From an uncultured delta proteobacterium (lineage in GTDB: Bacteria > Desulfobacterota > Binatia > UBA9968), in assembly GCA_963755715.1 (NCBI GenBank), contig CAVWLW010000027.1, forward strand, positions 160,001-224,000: DNA of 64,000 nt. Direction: 5' to 3'. Below the pieces are notes generated by a model that saw only the letters and a list, made by a program, of their open reading frames with translations, was not told the DNA's origin and made no database searches. Positions 1 to 9,213 of this stretch are shown here, in pieces (the stretch's first letter is position 1; the number at the start of each line of letters is the position of its first letter). The position numbers and the translations under genes are program-made.

Positions 1-23
1 CATTCCAATTTGCCCGCGCCCCC

Positions 24-596
24 TCACATATCAAAGAAAACTGTTTCGTTGTCTCCCTGTAAGCGAATGTCGAAGCGATAAACGGTCTTGCCGTTTTCCA
101 TTCCGGGCGACGCAATCAAAGTCTGCCGCCGCTTTTTGTTTTTGATCGAGTTCAGCACCGGATCGCTCGCATTGGCCGGCTCGTCGGCGAAATACAGCCG
201 CGTGTACGCATGCACCAGCATACCGCGCGCAAAAACGACAACGTTGATGTGCGGCGCTTGTACCGATTCATCATTTCCCGGCACCGGACCGGGCTTGACG
301 GTTTCAAAGGTGTAAAAACATTTTTCGTCGGTGCCTGAACGGCCCCAGCCGGTGAAAGTCGGATCGAGAGGTTTTTCTTGTTTGTCGTCGGGATGGTTGT
401 AGCGGCCGTAGGTGTTGGCTTGCCAAATCTCGACCATGACATCGGGAATCGCCACGCCGTCGCCGTCGAAGACTTGCCCCTCAATGCGAATCCGCTGGCC
501 TTGGGTCGCGTCCGTCGCCATGACATTCATCGGCTTGCGCGTGAGTCCGATGGAATAGAACGGCCCGACCGTCTGTGACGGGGTTTGCTTCCTCAT
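24..596 (-). CDS. pcaG: Protocatechuate 3,4-dioxygenase alpha subunit
   Basis: Motifs TPSQTVGPF, EIWQAN, APHI and ARGMLVHAYTRLYF; overlaps the end of pcaH. Confidence 0.95.
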   Translation of the reverse strand: MRKQTPSQTVGPFYSIGLTRKPMNVMATDATQGQRIRIEGQVFDGDGVAIPDVMVEIWQANTYGRYNHPDDKQEKPLDPTFTGWGRSGTDEKCFYTFETVKPGPVPGNDESVQAPHINVVVFARGMLVHAYTRLYFADEPANASDPVLNSIKNKKRRQTLIASPGMENGKTVYRFDIRLQGDNETVFFDM

Positions 597-1306
597 CTAG
601 ATTCCTCAAACGGCGTGGCCTTTCTGCCGCGCAGCACGATGTCGAAGCGATAGCCGAGTGCAAACTCGGGCTCGCTCACGTCATGAGCATAGCTCGACAT
701 CAGACGCTCGCGCCCGCTCTTGGTCGGCACCGAATTCAAAATCGGATCGAGTGGAATCAATGGATCGCCGGGAAAGAAAAATTGCGTTACCAAGCGGGTG
801 ACAAAGCTCGGCCCGAATAAGGAGAGATGAATATGGGCCGGCCGCCACGCGTTGGGATGATTGAGCCACGGATAAGCGCCGGGCTTGATCGTCAAGTATC
901 GATACTCGCCTTTTTCGTCGGTCACGCAGCGCCCCGCGCCGGTGAAGTTCGGATCGAGCGGCGCGTTGTGTTGATCGACGGGGTGGCGATAGCGCCCGGC
1001 CGCGTTGGCCTGCCAGATCTCGATCAGCGTATTCGGCACCGGCTTATCGTCTTCGTCCAAGACCCGGCCGACTACGATAATGCGCTCGCCCATCGCCTCT
1101 TTTCCAGTGTCGGCATCGCGCGTGAGATCGTTCTCGCCGGGCTCCAGTTTGATATCGCTGAACAACGGCCCGGTGATTTCCGACAAAGTCTGCTGGATCG
1201 GCACGAGCCTTTTTAACGGCCCGCGTTTAACGGAAGACCCGTAGTCTTTAAACGTATAAGGCGGATGAGATTTCCAGTCGCGCGGATTGTATTCTTGAAT
1301 GCGCAT
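593..1306 (-). CDS. pcaH: Protocatechuate 3,4-dioxygenase beta subunit
   Basis: Motifs EITGP, WQANAAGRYRH, KPGAYPW and WRPAHIH (Fe ligands); start moved to ATG 1306, which follows an AAGGA RBS. Confidence 0.95.
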   Translation of the reverse strand: MRIQEYNPRDWKSHPPYTFKDYGSSVKRGPLKRLVPIQQTLSEITGPLFSDIKLEPGENDLTRDADTGKEAMGERIIVVGRVLDEDDKPVPNTLIEIWQANAAGRYRHPVDQHNAPLDPNFTGAGRCVTDEKGEYRYLTIKPGAYPWLNHPNAWRPAHIHLSLFGPSFVTRLVTQFFFPGDPLIPLDPILNSVPTKSGRERLMSSYAHDVSEPEFALGYRFDIVLRGRKATPFEESR

Positions 1307-1353
1307 AAGAGCTTCCTTCTTTGGTCGATTACGATCCGACAACAGAAGAGGAG

Positions 1354-1384
1354 TGTCGATCGCTGAACGCAGTGAAGGATCTCG
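1354..1384 (+). repeat. Degenerate REP-like element of the TGTCATCCTGAGC..GCGAAGGATCTCG family
   Basis: tgtcgatcgctgaacgcagtgaaggatctcg resembles the copies at 10587 and 13518. Confidence 0.55.
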
Positions 1385-1394
1385 ACCTGAATTT

Positions 1395-1784
1395 TCACTT
1401 TTTACCTTCAGCCTCCATCTCCTTATACGTCCGTTTGGCGATAGCGAAAGCCGAGTTCGCCGCCGGCGCACCCGCATAGACTGCGACTTGCAGAAGAATT
1501 TCTTTGACTTCTTCTTTCGTGACTCCGGTGTTGCGGGTCGCACGAATATGCGCGCCAAGCTCTTCAAGTCTACCCAATGACGCGAGCATGGCGATAGTCA
1601 ACATGCTGCGCGTCCGCCTTTCGAGTCCGGGCCTGCTCCACACCGCCGCCCAGGCGTGCTCCGTCACGTAACGCTGCCAGTCTTCGTCGAACTCCGTTTT
1701 GTTCGCTTCCGCGCGCGCGACGTAGTCGGCGCCGAGCACCGCTTTACGCGTCGCCATGCCCTTGTCAAATAAATCGTCAGACAA
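1395..1784 (-). CDS. pcaC: 4-carboxymuconolactone decarboxylase
   Basis: Motifs GMATRKAVLG, WSRPGL..RTRSMLTIA and QVAVYAGAPAAN; lies between pcaD and pcaH; TTG start. Confidence 0.93.
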   Translation of the reverse strand: MSDDLFDKGMATRKAVLGADYVARAEANKTEFDEDWQRYVTEHAWAAVWSRPGLERRTRSMLTIAMLASLGRLEELGAHIRATRNTGVTKEEVKEILLQVAVYAGAPAANSAFAIAKRTYKEMEAEGKK

Positions 1785-2571
1785 TTTGCACCTCCTGAAA
1801 GAACCGCAACATTTTCTGAGTCAGAATGTCCGGCTGTTCGATACACGGCAGATGGGCGGCGTTTTCAATCAAGGAAAACTGCGCGCCCGAAATCAATTCC
1901 GCGAGCTCGCGGCCAAGCTCCGGCGGCGTCGCGATATCTTGTGCGCCGCACAGAACCAACGTCGGACAGCGGACTGTCGCGAGGGTCGCGCGAAAATCCG
2001 CGTCTCGCAACGCGCAACAAGTTCCAATATATCCTTCCACCGAGGTTTGCAGCAGCATGTTCGAGTAACCGCGAATATCGGCGGAGCGGCGCGCCCGAAA
2101 CGTTGGCGAAAACCACCGCTCCATCGTCGGCGATTCAAGCGCTTGGAGACCGCCTGCTCGCACTATTTCGATACGTTGCCGCCAAGATTCGATGGAGCCG
2201 ATCCGCGCCCCGGTATCGCACAGAACCAGAGCGCGCACACGCTTCGGGTAATTCAATGCGAACGCCTGCGCGATCAAGCCGCCTACGGATACACCGCATA
2301 GCACCGCCTGTTCGATTTCGAGAGCATCGAGCACGCCGGCAACGTCTTGCGCGAGATCGTTGATGGAATAAGGCGACGGTGGCGCATCGCTTAAGCCATG
2401 TCCTCGTTTATCGTAGCGAACTACTCTGAAATTTTCGTCCAGGCAATTGGTTACGTCATCCCAAATCCTAAGGTCCGTGCCGAGAGAATTGGCGAACAGC
2501 AGCGCTGGCTTGCTCTTCGCCCCCGAGCTCACATAATGGTGGACGTTATTGTTAATCCGAGCGAAGGCCAC
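1777..2571 (-). CDS. pcaD: 3-oxoadipate enol-lactonase
   Basis: Motifs NSLGTDL, RYDKRGHG, GVSVGG nucleophile elbow and AAHLPCIEQP. Confidence 0.93.
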   Translation of the reverse strand: MAFARINNNVHHYVSSGAKSKPALLFANSLGTDLRIWDDVTNCLDENFRVVRYDKRGHGLSDAPPSPYSINDLAQDVAGVLDALEIEQAVLCGVSVGGLIAQAFALNYPKRVRALVLCDTGARIGSIESWRQRIEIVRAGGLQALESPTMERWFSPTFRARRSADIRGYSNMLLQTSVEGYIGTCCALRDADFRATLATVRCPTLVLCGAQDIATPPELGRELAELISGAQFSLIENAAHLPCIEQPDILTQKMLRFFQEVQIV

Positions 2572-2603
2572 TTCGCTATTCCTCGTTCAGGCTGAAGCCG
2601 AAG

Positions 2604-3164
2604 CTAAATATCCCCTCGGACATAACGGATCAGCCGGTCGATCCCCGCAAACATAACCCGGCGCTCATTCGGGTCGAGCTGGGCAATCAGTCGGCGCTGG
2701 CGCTCTCGATTCATGCGCATGACAATTTCGTACTTTTTCTTTCCCTGCTTGGTAATCGCGAAAACCGCGCTGCGCTCGTCGGCGGAATCTTTACTTCGGA
2801 GCGTATAACCGCGGCGCACGAGCGCTGCCGCGGCCCGGCTAATTTGCGATTTGGCCATGTAGGTTCGCGCCGCGATGCCGCGAACCGTCGTCGGCGAATT
2901 TGTCGCCAATTGGCCCAGCACGCGCCACTCGGCGATAGACAAATCATGATGTTCGGCGAGCATCTTCTTGAGCTGCCGATCGAGCAATCGATAGAGAAGA
3001 TTGATGCGAAAGGTGAGAAAGTCCTTGATCTGCCATTTACTGGTATCGGGTCCGAGCCCGTCATCGCGGCCTAACCCCTGTTTGGAATCCGAATCGGCCG
3101 CTCCGCCGGTTCGATCGGTGAACTTCGGAAATGACTTTTGTATTGCGTGACTGCTCTTTCGCAT
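2604..3164 (-). CDS. MarR family transcriptional regulator
   Basis: LSIAEWRVL, winged HTH and D.R motif (ADERS); directly upstream of pcaD; start uncertain. Confidence 0.85.
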   Translation of the reverse strand: MRKSSHAIQKSFPKFTDRTGGAADSDSKQGLGRDDGLGPDTSKWQIKDFLTFRINLLYRLLDRQLKKMLAEHHDLSIAEWRVLGQLATNSPTTVRGIAARTYMAKSQISRAAAALVRRGYTLRSKDSADERSAVFAITKQGKKKYEIVMRMNRERQRRLIAQLDPNERRVMFAGIDRLIRYVRGDI

Positions 3165-3218
3165 GCCGGTCAAGCTTTCTACGTAAGCGCGTATCCTAGC
3201 GAAAACCGCTTGATCATT

Positions 3219-4229
3219 TCAACCGAGGCGGAGCAGTTTGCGCGCGTTTTCCTCGTAGATTTTCTTTTTGTCCTCGATCGAAGCCGTGATGTTGTCGATG
3301 ACACGAATCGTTTCACGGATAAATCCGGGACCTTTTTCCGGATCGAACGGCATGTCGGTGCCGAAGAGCACATGGTCCGAGCCGAAGAAAGCCAAGCCGC
3401 ACTCGGTGGCCGGCAAGGCGCCGAACAAAGCCGTGTCCGCGTAAAACATTCTAAAATAGTCGAAGGGCCGTTTTTTGAGACGGCCTAGGGTCCCCACGTC
3501 GTGTTCGTCATCCGTGCGCCGGCCAAGCTGATCCAACCCCCCGCCGATGCGCCCTTCAAAATAGGGAATCATGGCGCCCATATGATGCGTGATGATTTTT
3601 AGATCGGGATTCTCGTCGAACACGCCTGACAGCGCGAGACGCCCCATGGCGACGCTCGTTTCATAAGGCCAGCCGAAAGCCCACCAGAGATCGTATTTCG
3701 AGCGGTTCTCGTTTTTGTAGTCGGCGAAGTCCGGCGATCTCGTCGGGTGCAACCAGATGGGGTAATCCAATTGAGCCATGAGCGAAAACAACGGACGGAA
3801 CTCCGGCTCGTCCAGCGGCCTGCCGTTCACGTTGGAACCGATCTGAACGCCACGCGCGCCAAGCTCTTTCACCGCCCGCTCCGCTTCGCGCAGCGTGGCA
3901 TCGGGATTGTTCAACGGCAGCGACGCAACGAACGCAGGAAAATGTTTCGGATATTTGCTCACCAGCTCGGCCATGCTGTCGTTCGCCAGCTTGGCGAGAT
4001 CCGGACTCTCCTTGGGACCCGCAACCACTTCGATCGGCGGCAAATTGAGCGTCAGCACCTGCGCGTAATCCTGATACTGCTCCATAATGCGAAAGCGAAC
4101 GTCGAGATCGTACATAACGGGAATATCCCGCACGCGCTTTTGCATGTATGCGCTCCGGCTGCTCATGGACAACATCTTGTCGAAATAAGGTTTGGGCAAG
4201 ATATGCGGAAAAACGTCGATCTTCGTCAT
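3219..4229 (-). CDS. Amidohydrolase_2 family protein (ACMSD/LigW-like decarboxylase or hydratase)
   Basis: Motifs IDVFPH, PIWLHP, HHMGAMIP and FGTDMPF. Confidence 0.85.
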   Translation of the reverse strand: MTKIDVFPHILPKPYFDKMLSMSSRSAYMQKRVRDIPVMYDLDVRFRIMEQYQDYAQVLTLNLPPIEVVAGPKESPDLAKLANDSMAELVSKYPKHFPAFVASLPLNNPDATLREAERAVKELGARGVQIGSNVNGRPLDEPEFRPLFSLMAQLDYPIWLHPTRSPDFADYKNENRSKYDLWWAFGWPYETSVAMGRLALSGVFDENPDLKIITHHMGAMIPYFEGRIGGGLDQLGRRTDDEHDVGTLGRLKKRPFDYFRMFYADTALFGALPATECGLAFFGSDHVLFGTDMPFDPEKGPGFIRETIRVIDNITASIEDKKKIYEENARKLLRLG

Positions 4230-4297
4230 GGTTCCCTCCCAGCTGATTTGAATGGGTTAAAGAAGATAGTCGACTTATTAACGTTCACTTTGCAACG

Positions 4298-4326
4298 AAT
4301 TTACCAATCCCACCTGATCCAGTCAA
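4298..4326 (-). promoter_or_regulatory. Putative sigma70 promoter for the amidohydrolase-marR-pca genes
   Basis: TTGACT-N17-TAAATT on the minus strand. Confidence 0.5.
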
Positions 4327-4382
4327 CGACGACACGGATCCTTGTTCTCAACTTGAGATGGGAGCGAATCCAATCCTGACCT

Positions 4383-4412
4383 TTGACTTCCAGGCACGGA
4401 GGTAAGTAGAAT
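4383..4412 (+). promoter_or_regulatory. Putative sigma70 promoter for the DsbA/FrnE gene
   Basis: TTGACT-N18-TAGAAT, about 30 nt upstream of ATG 4442. Confidence 0.55.
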
Positions 4413-4441
4413 CAAAAAGCTGAGAGAGAAAGGAGACGATC

Positions 4442-5056
4442 ATGCCGGAACCGCTCGTTCTCGAAGTTTTTTCCGATTTTGTTTGACCGTGGTGCTACCT
4501 CGTCACCGGGCGTGTCGAGAAACTGAAGCAGAATTACGGTCTGGAGATTAAGTTCACTCAATTCCCACTGCATCCGGAGACTCCCGAAGAAGGCAGCGTG
4601 CGCGGGCCGGAGATCATCGCGCGCAACCAGCGCATGAAAACGAACATGGAGCAGGAGGGTTTGCCTTTCAATGCCGAACGCAACATGTCCTACAATAGCC
4701 GGCTCGCCCAGGAATTATCGAAATGGGCCGAAGGCAAAGGCAAGGGTGATGAAATCCATGACGCTCTCTTTCGCGCTTACTTTGTCGACGTGAAGAACAT
4801 CGGCAAAGCGGAGGTGCTCGCGGAGATTGCCGCGGAACGCGGTTTGCCGGCCGACGAAGCGACCGACGTCTTGTTAAGCCGGAAATTTAAAGATGCCGTC
4901 GACGAGGACTGGCGCCGTTGCGCCACCTATGGCGTCAACGCCGTGCCGACTTTTCTGGCTGGAAAATATTTAATGGTCGGGGCGCAGCCCTACGAAGAAT
5001 TGCAGCGCTTGATCGAGCATGTAGTAAAGTCACCGTCTGATCAAACCGCGGGATAA
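4442..5056 (+). CDS. DsbA/FrnE-family thiol-disulfide oxidoreductase, probable selenoprotein (UPWC active site)
   Basis: AGGAG RBS, then ATG 4442 reads MPEPLVLEVFSDFV-TGA-PWCYL in frame with ORF 4598..5056 (FPLHPETP, GVNAVPTF, GAQPYE); TGA 4484-4486 sits where the first Cys of CPWC belongs. Confidence 0.88.
4499..4519 (+). promoter_or_regulatory. Candidate bacterial SECIS hairpin
   Basis: CTCG-T-CAC-[CGGGC]-GTG-T-CGAG stem-loop with a G-rich apical loop, after a 12-nt spacer from the in-frame TGA. Confidence 0.65.
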
Positions 5057-5208
5057 CAGATCCCATCGGCTAATTCCGATCGAGCGAGGCCTTCGTGATC
5101 GACGTCTGCGGCTGATTTTGATAGCGCGCTGATGGAGTCGAAATTGATTCTCGAACGGTGAAAGCTCTCAAATTCATGCGTGAGGATTAGAAAACACCTA
5201 TACTTAAG

Positions 5209-6203
5209 ATGCAACCTCTAGTCATCCGATCACTTTTCGTATTATTTTCTCTGATTCCCCTATTCAATCTTGCCGCGCAACAACGCCACCTTCATAGTAG
5301 CGCGGGTGTCGGCGGTGCGCAGATTCCCCTCTGGACCGGGAAGGACCTGGGAACATTTCGCAAATATCAATTGGACGTGGAAAGTGTTCTGATCTCGGGA
5401 GGAGCGCGCGGAATGCAAGCGCTACTCGGCGGGAGCGTTCATTCCGCGAATATGGCGGCCATGGTTCCCATCCGTACGAGTCTCGCCGGTGGAGATGTGG
5501 TCATCGTCGGCGGGTTTCTAAACAAAAATTTGCTGAAGTTCGTCGCGCAAAAAACCATCACGAAGCCTGGAGATCTTCGTGGGAAAAAAGTCGGCATTGC
5601 CAATTTCGGCGGATCAAACGAATTTGGCGTTCTGCTCGCGCTTCGAGAATGGGGCATTCCACGCGAAGCGGTAAATATCATTCCCGGCGGCGGCAGCGCT
5701 GCGCGACTAATCGCGATGGAGCGCGCGGCTTGGATGCCACTGTCATTTCGTATGACCATGCCCTCATAGCTGCGCAAAAGGGAATGACTATTTTAGGTGA
5801 CCTGGCCGAGATCGTACCGGAGTTCCCCGACAGACTGATCGTTGCGCGTCGTTCGTTTCTTGATAAGGAGCGCGATACCATCAAGCGTTTTCTCCAAGCG
5901 CTTAGCGAGTCCATCTACCAAGTCAGTACCCAGCGCGAAAAAATCCTACCCATTATTAGCAGACACCTAAAAGTGGATCGCAAAGTAGCGGAAGAGACCT
6001 ATGATCTCTACCACAACGTATTTTCTTTACCGCCTCGGGTCGGCCGTAAAGGTGTTAGAGATGTCGCTGACGTCGTTCTGCAACAGATGGGACGCCCAAA
6101 AGAGGAAGTAAATTTGAGCCGGCTCATCGACGAAAGCCTGATCGATGAACTGGAGAGAGAAGGCTTTTTTAATAAATTGCAGAAGGAATACACGCAGAGA
6201 TAA
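5209..6203 (+). CDS. NMT1/SsuA-like ABC substrate-binding protein (frameshift near 5725)
   Basis: Signal peptide and DLRGKKVGI in ORF 5209..5769; the C-terminal half continues in ORF 5649..6203. Confidence 0.8.
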
Positions 6204-6280
6204 ACGACATCGGCGACTGTAATATTTTGTAGTGCCAGCGAAGTTTGCACGCGTATTAAAAATTAGAAAGGAGCTTTACA

Positions 6281-7162
6281 ATGATAGCAAAGATCAAACA
6301 TGTGGCGTTTATGAGTCACAACGCGCCCCGGCTCTGCCGATTCTATGAGTGCTTGTTTGGGCTAACTCGGGCAAGGGCAGATACCTCCCCGGCATCCGAG
6401 GAAGAGTTTGCCAAGCGTTTCGGCAATCCACTTTTATCGACCAAACGCGTTGCCAAACCTTACGATGCAACGGTGATAGCGGGCGATGGCAACGTTGGGG
6501 TGGCGTTCCTGCGCCGGCGACCGGGATATCCAGCCGGCATAGATCACTTTGGCATCGAGGTGGACGACCTGGACCGCGTTTTCAGCCGCTACAAGGAAAA
6601 ATATCCCGCAGTGGGAGTGGTGAAGAGACCAAGCAACCGACCTTTTGCGTCTTTCAGCTCACACGATCCTGAAGGCCATCTGTTCGACCTGAGCCAGCCC
6701 GGTTTGGATAACGTCCGCGGCGTTTGGGCCGAGTCCGATCGGGAGCAAGATCGCCATATCAAGCACCTGACGATACGCGCCATCAATCCGGGTGCGTTGG
6801 CGCGCTTTTATGTGGACGTCTTCGAATTTAAAGAAGAGGAAAAAGCGTTGGAAGATCCGAATTTTTACCTCACCGACGGCAAAGTCACGTTGATCCTGAC
6901 GCCGTGGAAAATCGAGGACTATCACGGCGCCGAACACCGGGGTCCTGGACTCGACCACGTCGGATTCAAGGTAGAAAACATGGAGATGTTTAGAAAAGAC
7001 TTCGATGTTTTGACCAGCGTGGATCCTGAGTGGATGACTCCGAAGGCTCCCAATCAGGCTTCTGAACACGATGTCGTACTGCGACTACTCTCGGCTTGTC
7101 GTTACGGCCGACATCAACTGGCCGATCCGGACGGGAATTTCATAGACGTAACCGATCAATAA
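6281..7162 (+). CDS. Two-domain VOC/glyoxalase family protein
   Basis: Duplicated motifs IKHVA/IKHLT, GIDHFGIEV/GLDHVGFKV and DPEG/DPDGN. Confidence 0.85.
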   Translation: MIAKIKHVAFMSHNAPRLCRFYECLFGLTRARADTSPASEEEFAKRFGNPLLSTKRVAKPYDATVIAGDGNVGVAFLRRRPGYPAGIDHFGIEVDDLDRVFSRYKEKYPAVGVVKRPSNRPFASFSSHDPEGHLFDLSQPGLDNVRGVWAESDREQDRHIKHLTIRAINPGALARFYVDVFEFKEEEKALEDPNFYLTDGKVTLILTPWKIEDYHGAEHRGPGLDHVGFKVENMEMFRKDFDVLTSVDPEWMTPKAPNQASEHDVVLRLLSACRYGRHQLADPDGNFIDVTDQ

Positions 7163-7209
7163 ATTGTTTGGCGAGAATAACGATGCCGCTCACTTTTCGG
7201 AGGACCTGG

Positions 7210-8204
7210 ATGAGCATGGAAAGATGTATCGCTACTTTAATCGCGCTTTCATTCATCCTGTTAAGTCCCACGGCTGAAACTGCGTTTTCTGCCGATAAAG
7301 CGGACAAACTAACGCAGGTCCGCATGGGCTTGGCAGCAAGAAGCACGACTTCCATGCCCTTCTTCGTTGCCAAGGAGCGCGGCTTTTTCCGCGAGGAAGG
7401 ATTAGACGTCGAGCTGATCGTCATGCAGGCGATTCAAACCATTCAGGCGACGATGGGGAAAAGCTTACAATTTGCCTCAGCAACCGGCTCGGCGGTGAGC
7501 GCCGCGGTCAACGGCGCCGACATCAAAGTGATCTTGGCCGTCACGGACCGGCCGTCGTTCGATCTCATCGCTCAGCCGAATATTACCAGCATCCAACAAT
7601 TGCGCGGCAAGAAAATCGGCACCGGCGGTGTCGGCTCTTTGGCGGAAATTCTCTCGCGCCGCATTTTGACCGCTAACAACGTTCGCCCCGAAGAGGTGAC
7701 TATTCTGGCTACCGGCCCAAGCCACGTCACCTACATGTCTTTGAAAGCGAAAGTGATCGATGCCGCGCCGCTGCAGATGCCCCTGACCTTCACCGCGCAA
7801 GACGAAGGTTTTCGCAAGCTCGCAGCCGCCGGGCGACGTCTATCAATCCGTGCAGGGCGGTCTCGCGACGACCAAAGCCGTCCTAACGGAACAGCCCGAA
7901 ATGGTGACCAAAGTAGTCCGCGCCATGCTGCGTGCGATTCGGCTTATCAAAAACGACAGAAAGTACGGCATCGAATTCATCAAAGGACCGTGGCTCGATC
8001 TCGGCAAAGAGCGCGGACAAGATCGCCGCGCGCGTCTATGACGTCGCGGCGCCGGATCTTTTGGAAAACGGCATAGTCAGCGACGAAATTCAGCGGCAGA
8101 TGATCGCAGATGCGTCATCGCGGATAAAGCCGGCGCATCCGGTGCTGCCCGAGCAGGCTTTCGACTTTAGCATCGCCCGTAAGGTCAGCGCGACGTTGAA
8201 GTAG
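7210..8204 (+). CDS. NMT1/SsuA-like ABC substrate-binding protein (frameshifts near 7831 and 8012)
   Basis: Signal peptide, GFFREEGLDVE and QLRGKKIG; continues through ORFs 7850..8041 and 7932..8204. Confidence 0.8.
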
Positions 8205-8208
8205 CTGA

Positions 8209-9069
8209 TTAATGATTGAGCAGCGCCACGGCAATCGAGCCCACGGCCAAGCCGATCGTTTTTTGCTTCGACAACCGTTCCCGAAAGAGTAACACCGCCA
8301 AGACCGCGCTCACCGCGACTACGCCCACGCTATAAATCGGAAAGAGCTGCGAGCTTTGCCAGCCTTTCAACGCCAAGACTTGCAGCAACGCATAAACTGC
8401 GACGTAGTTTACTACGCCGAGAAATATCCCCGCCCAGATATGCTTCAAGCAAAAATCGGCCGAAGAGAAAACGCTTTTGACGGTACCGATCACAATGCTC
8501 GATAAAAACGCGAAGACAAACGCCGACATGACGTAGCTGTGATACGACGAATCATCGAGATAGTAAGTCTGCAGATATTTGAGAATCGTAAAGTAGACGC
8601 CAAAGGTTGCGAAAACAAGAAGCGGCAGCAACTGGAACAACCGCGATCCGCCCGCGCCTTTCTCCGGCGCGGTGCAGAGATAGAGCGCCATGAGCGCAGT
8701 TAATAACCCGGCAAGTTTAATTGCCGTCAGAGAATCGCCGTAGAGCGCAAACGCCAGGAGCGACGGTATCACCACCGACAATCGGCTCGCCAACGCGGCA
8801 AGCGCCACCCCTGCGCGCTGCGCCGTTTGGGCAAGCAGGTAAAAGTTCACTGCCAGGAGGATTCCTTGAACAGCGGCGAGCCAGAGCCAAGGCTTTGCGG
8901 TCACGCTCAGAACACCAACTGAGTTTCCCGTCAAAAGGCTTCCAACCAAAACGCAAGTTACGTAATTCGCCGGGATCGCCCAAAAAAGATTGATGCCGAA
9001 TTTATCGAAGGCGCGAAAGATAACCGGGATGACGCCCGAGCCAAAAATGGCGAGAAGTAAGTAAATCAT
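8209..9069 (-). CDS. EamA/DMT family transporter
   Basis: About 10 hydrophobic segments in two repeats; LFRERLS motif. Confidence 0.85.
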   Translation of the reverse strand: MIYLLLAIFGSGVIPVIFRAFDKFGINLFWAIPANYVTCVLVGSLLTGNSVGVLSVTAKPWLWLAAVQGILLAVNFYLLAQTAQRAGVALAALASRLSVVIPSLLAFALYGDSLTAIKLAGLLTALMALYLCTAPEKGAGGSRLFQLLPLLVFATFGVYFTILKYLQTYYLDDSSYHSYVMSAFVFAFLSSIVIGTVKSVFSSADFCLKHIWAGIFLGVVNYVAVYALLQVLALKGWQSSQLFPIYSVGVVAVSAVLAVLLFRERLSKQKTIGLAVGSIAVALLNH

Positions 9070-9106
9070 GGGCGGCGCTGTTGTGCTGTCGATGCGTTTT
9101 AGAGAA

Positions 9107-9186
9107 AGATTTCTCCCAGAGGTCGAAATAACAAAGGCGAGACAAACACGCTGTCATTTCGAAGGAGCGAAGCGACTGAGAAATCT
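9107..9186. repeat. Inverted pair of REP-like elements
   Basis: The reverse complement of agatttctcccagaggtcgaaataaca (9107-9133) resembles tgtcatttcgaaggagcgaagcgactgagaaatct (9152-9186). Confidence 0.7.
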
Positions 9187-9213
9187 TTCTTCGACTCTCC
9201 CCTCCAAATGGCG

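Noticed and set aside
593-1567. 324-aa PcaH with a long N-terminal extension
   Set aside because: The extension overlaps pcaC in another frame; RBS and homology support ATG 1306.
4484-4486. TGA as a nonsense mutation or genetic-code reassignment
   Set aside because: TGA ends many genes in this window, so the code is standard; its position at the catalytic Cys and the adjacent hairpin favour selenocysteine over a pseudogene.
9002-9213. C-terminal extension of the amidohydrolase overlapping the EamA gene
   Set aside because: Read-through after an indel; the extension translates the REP-like repeat.
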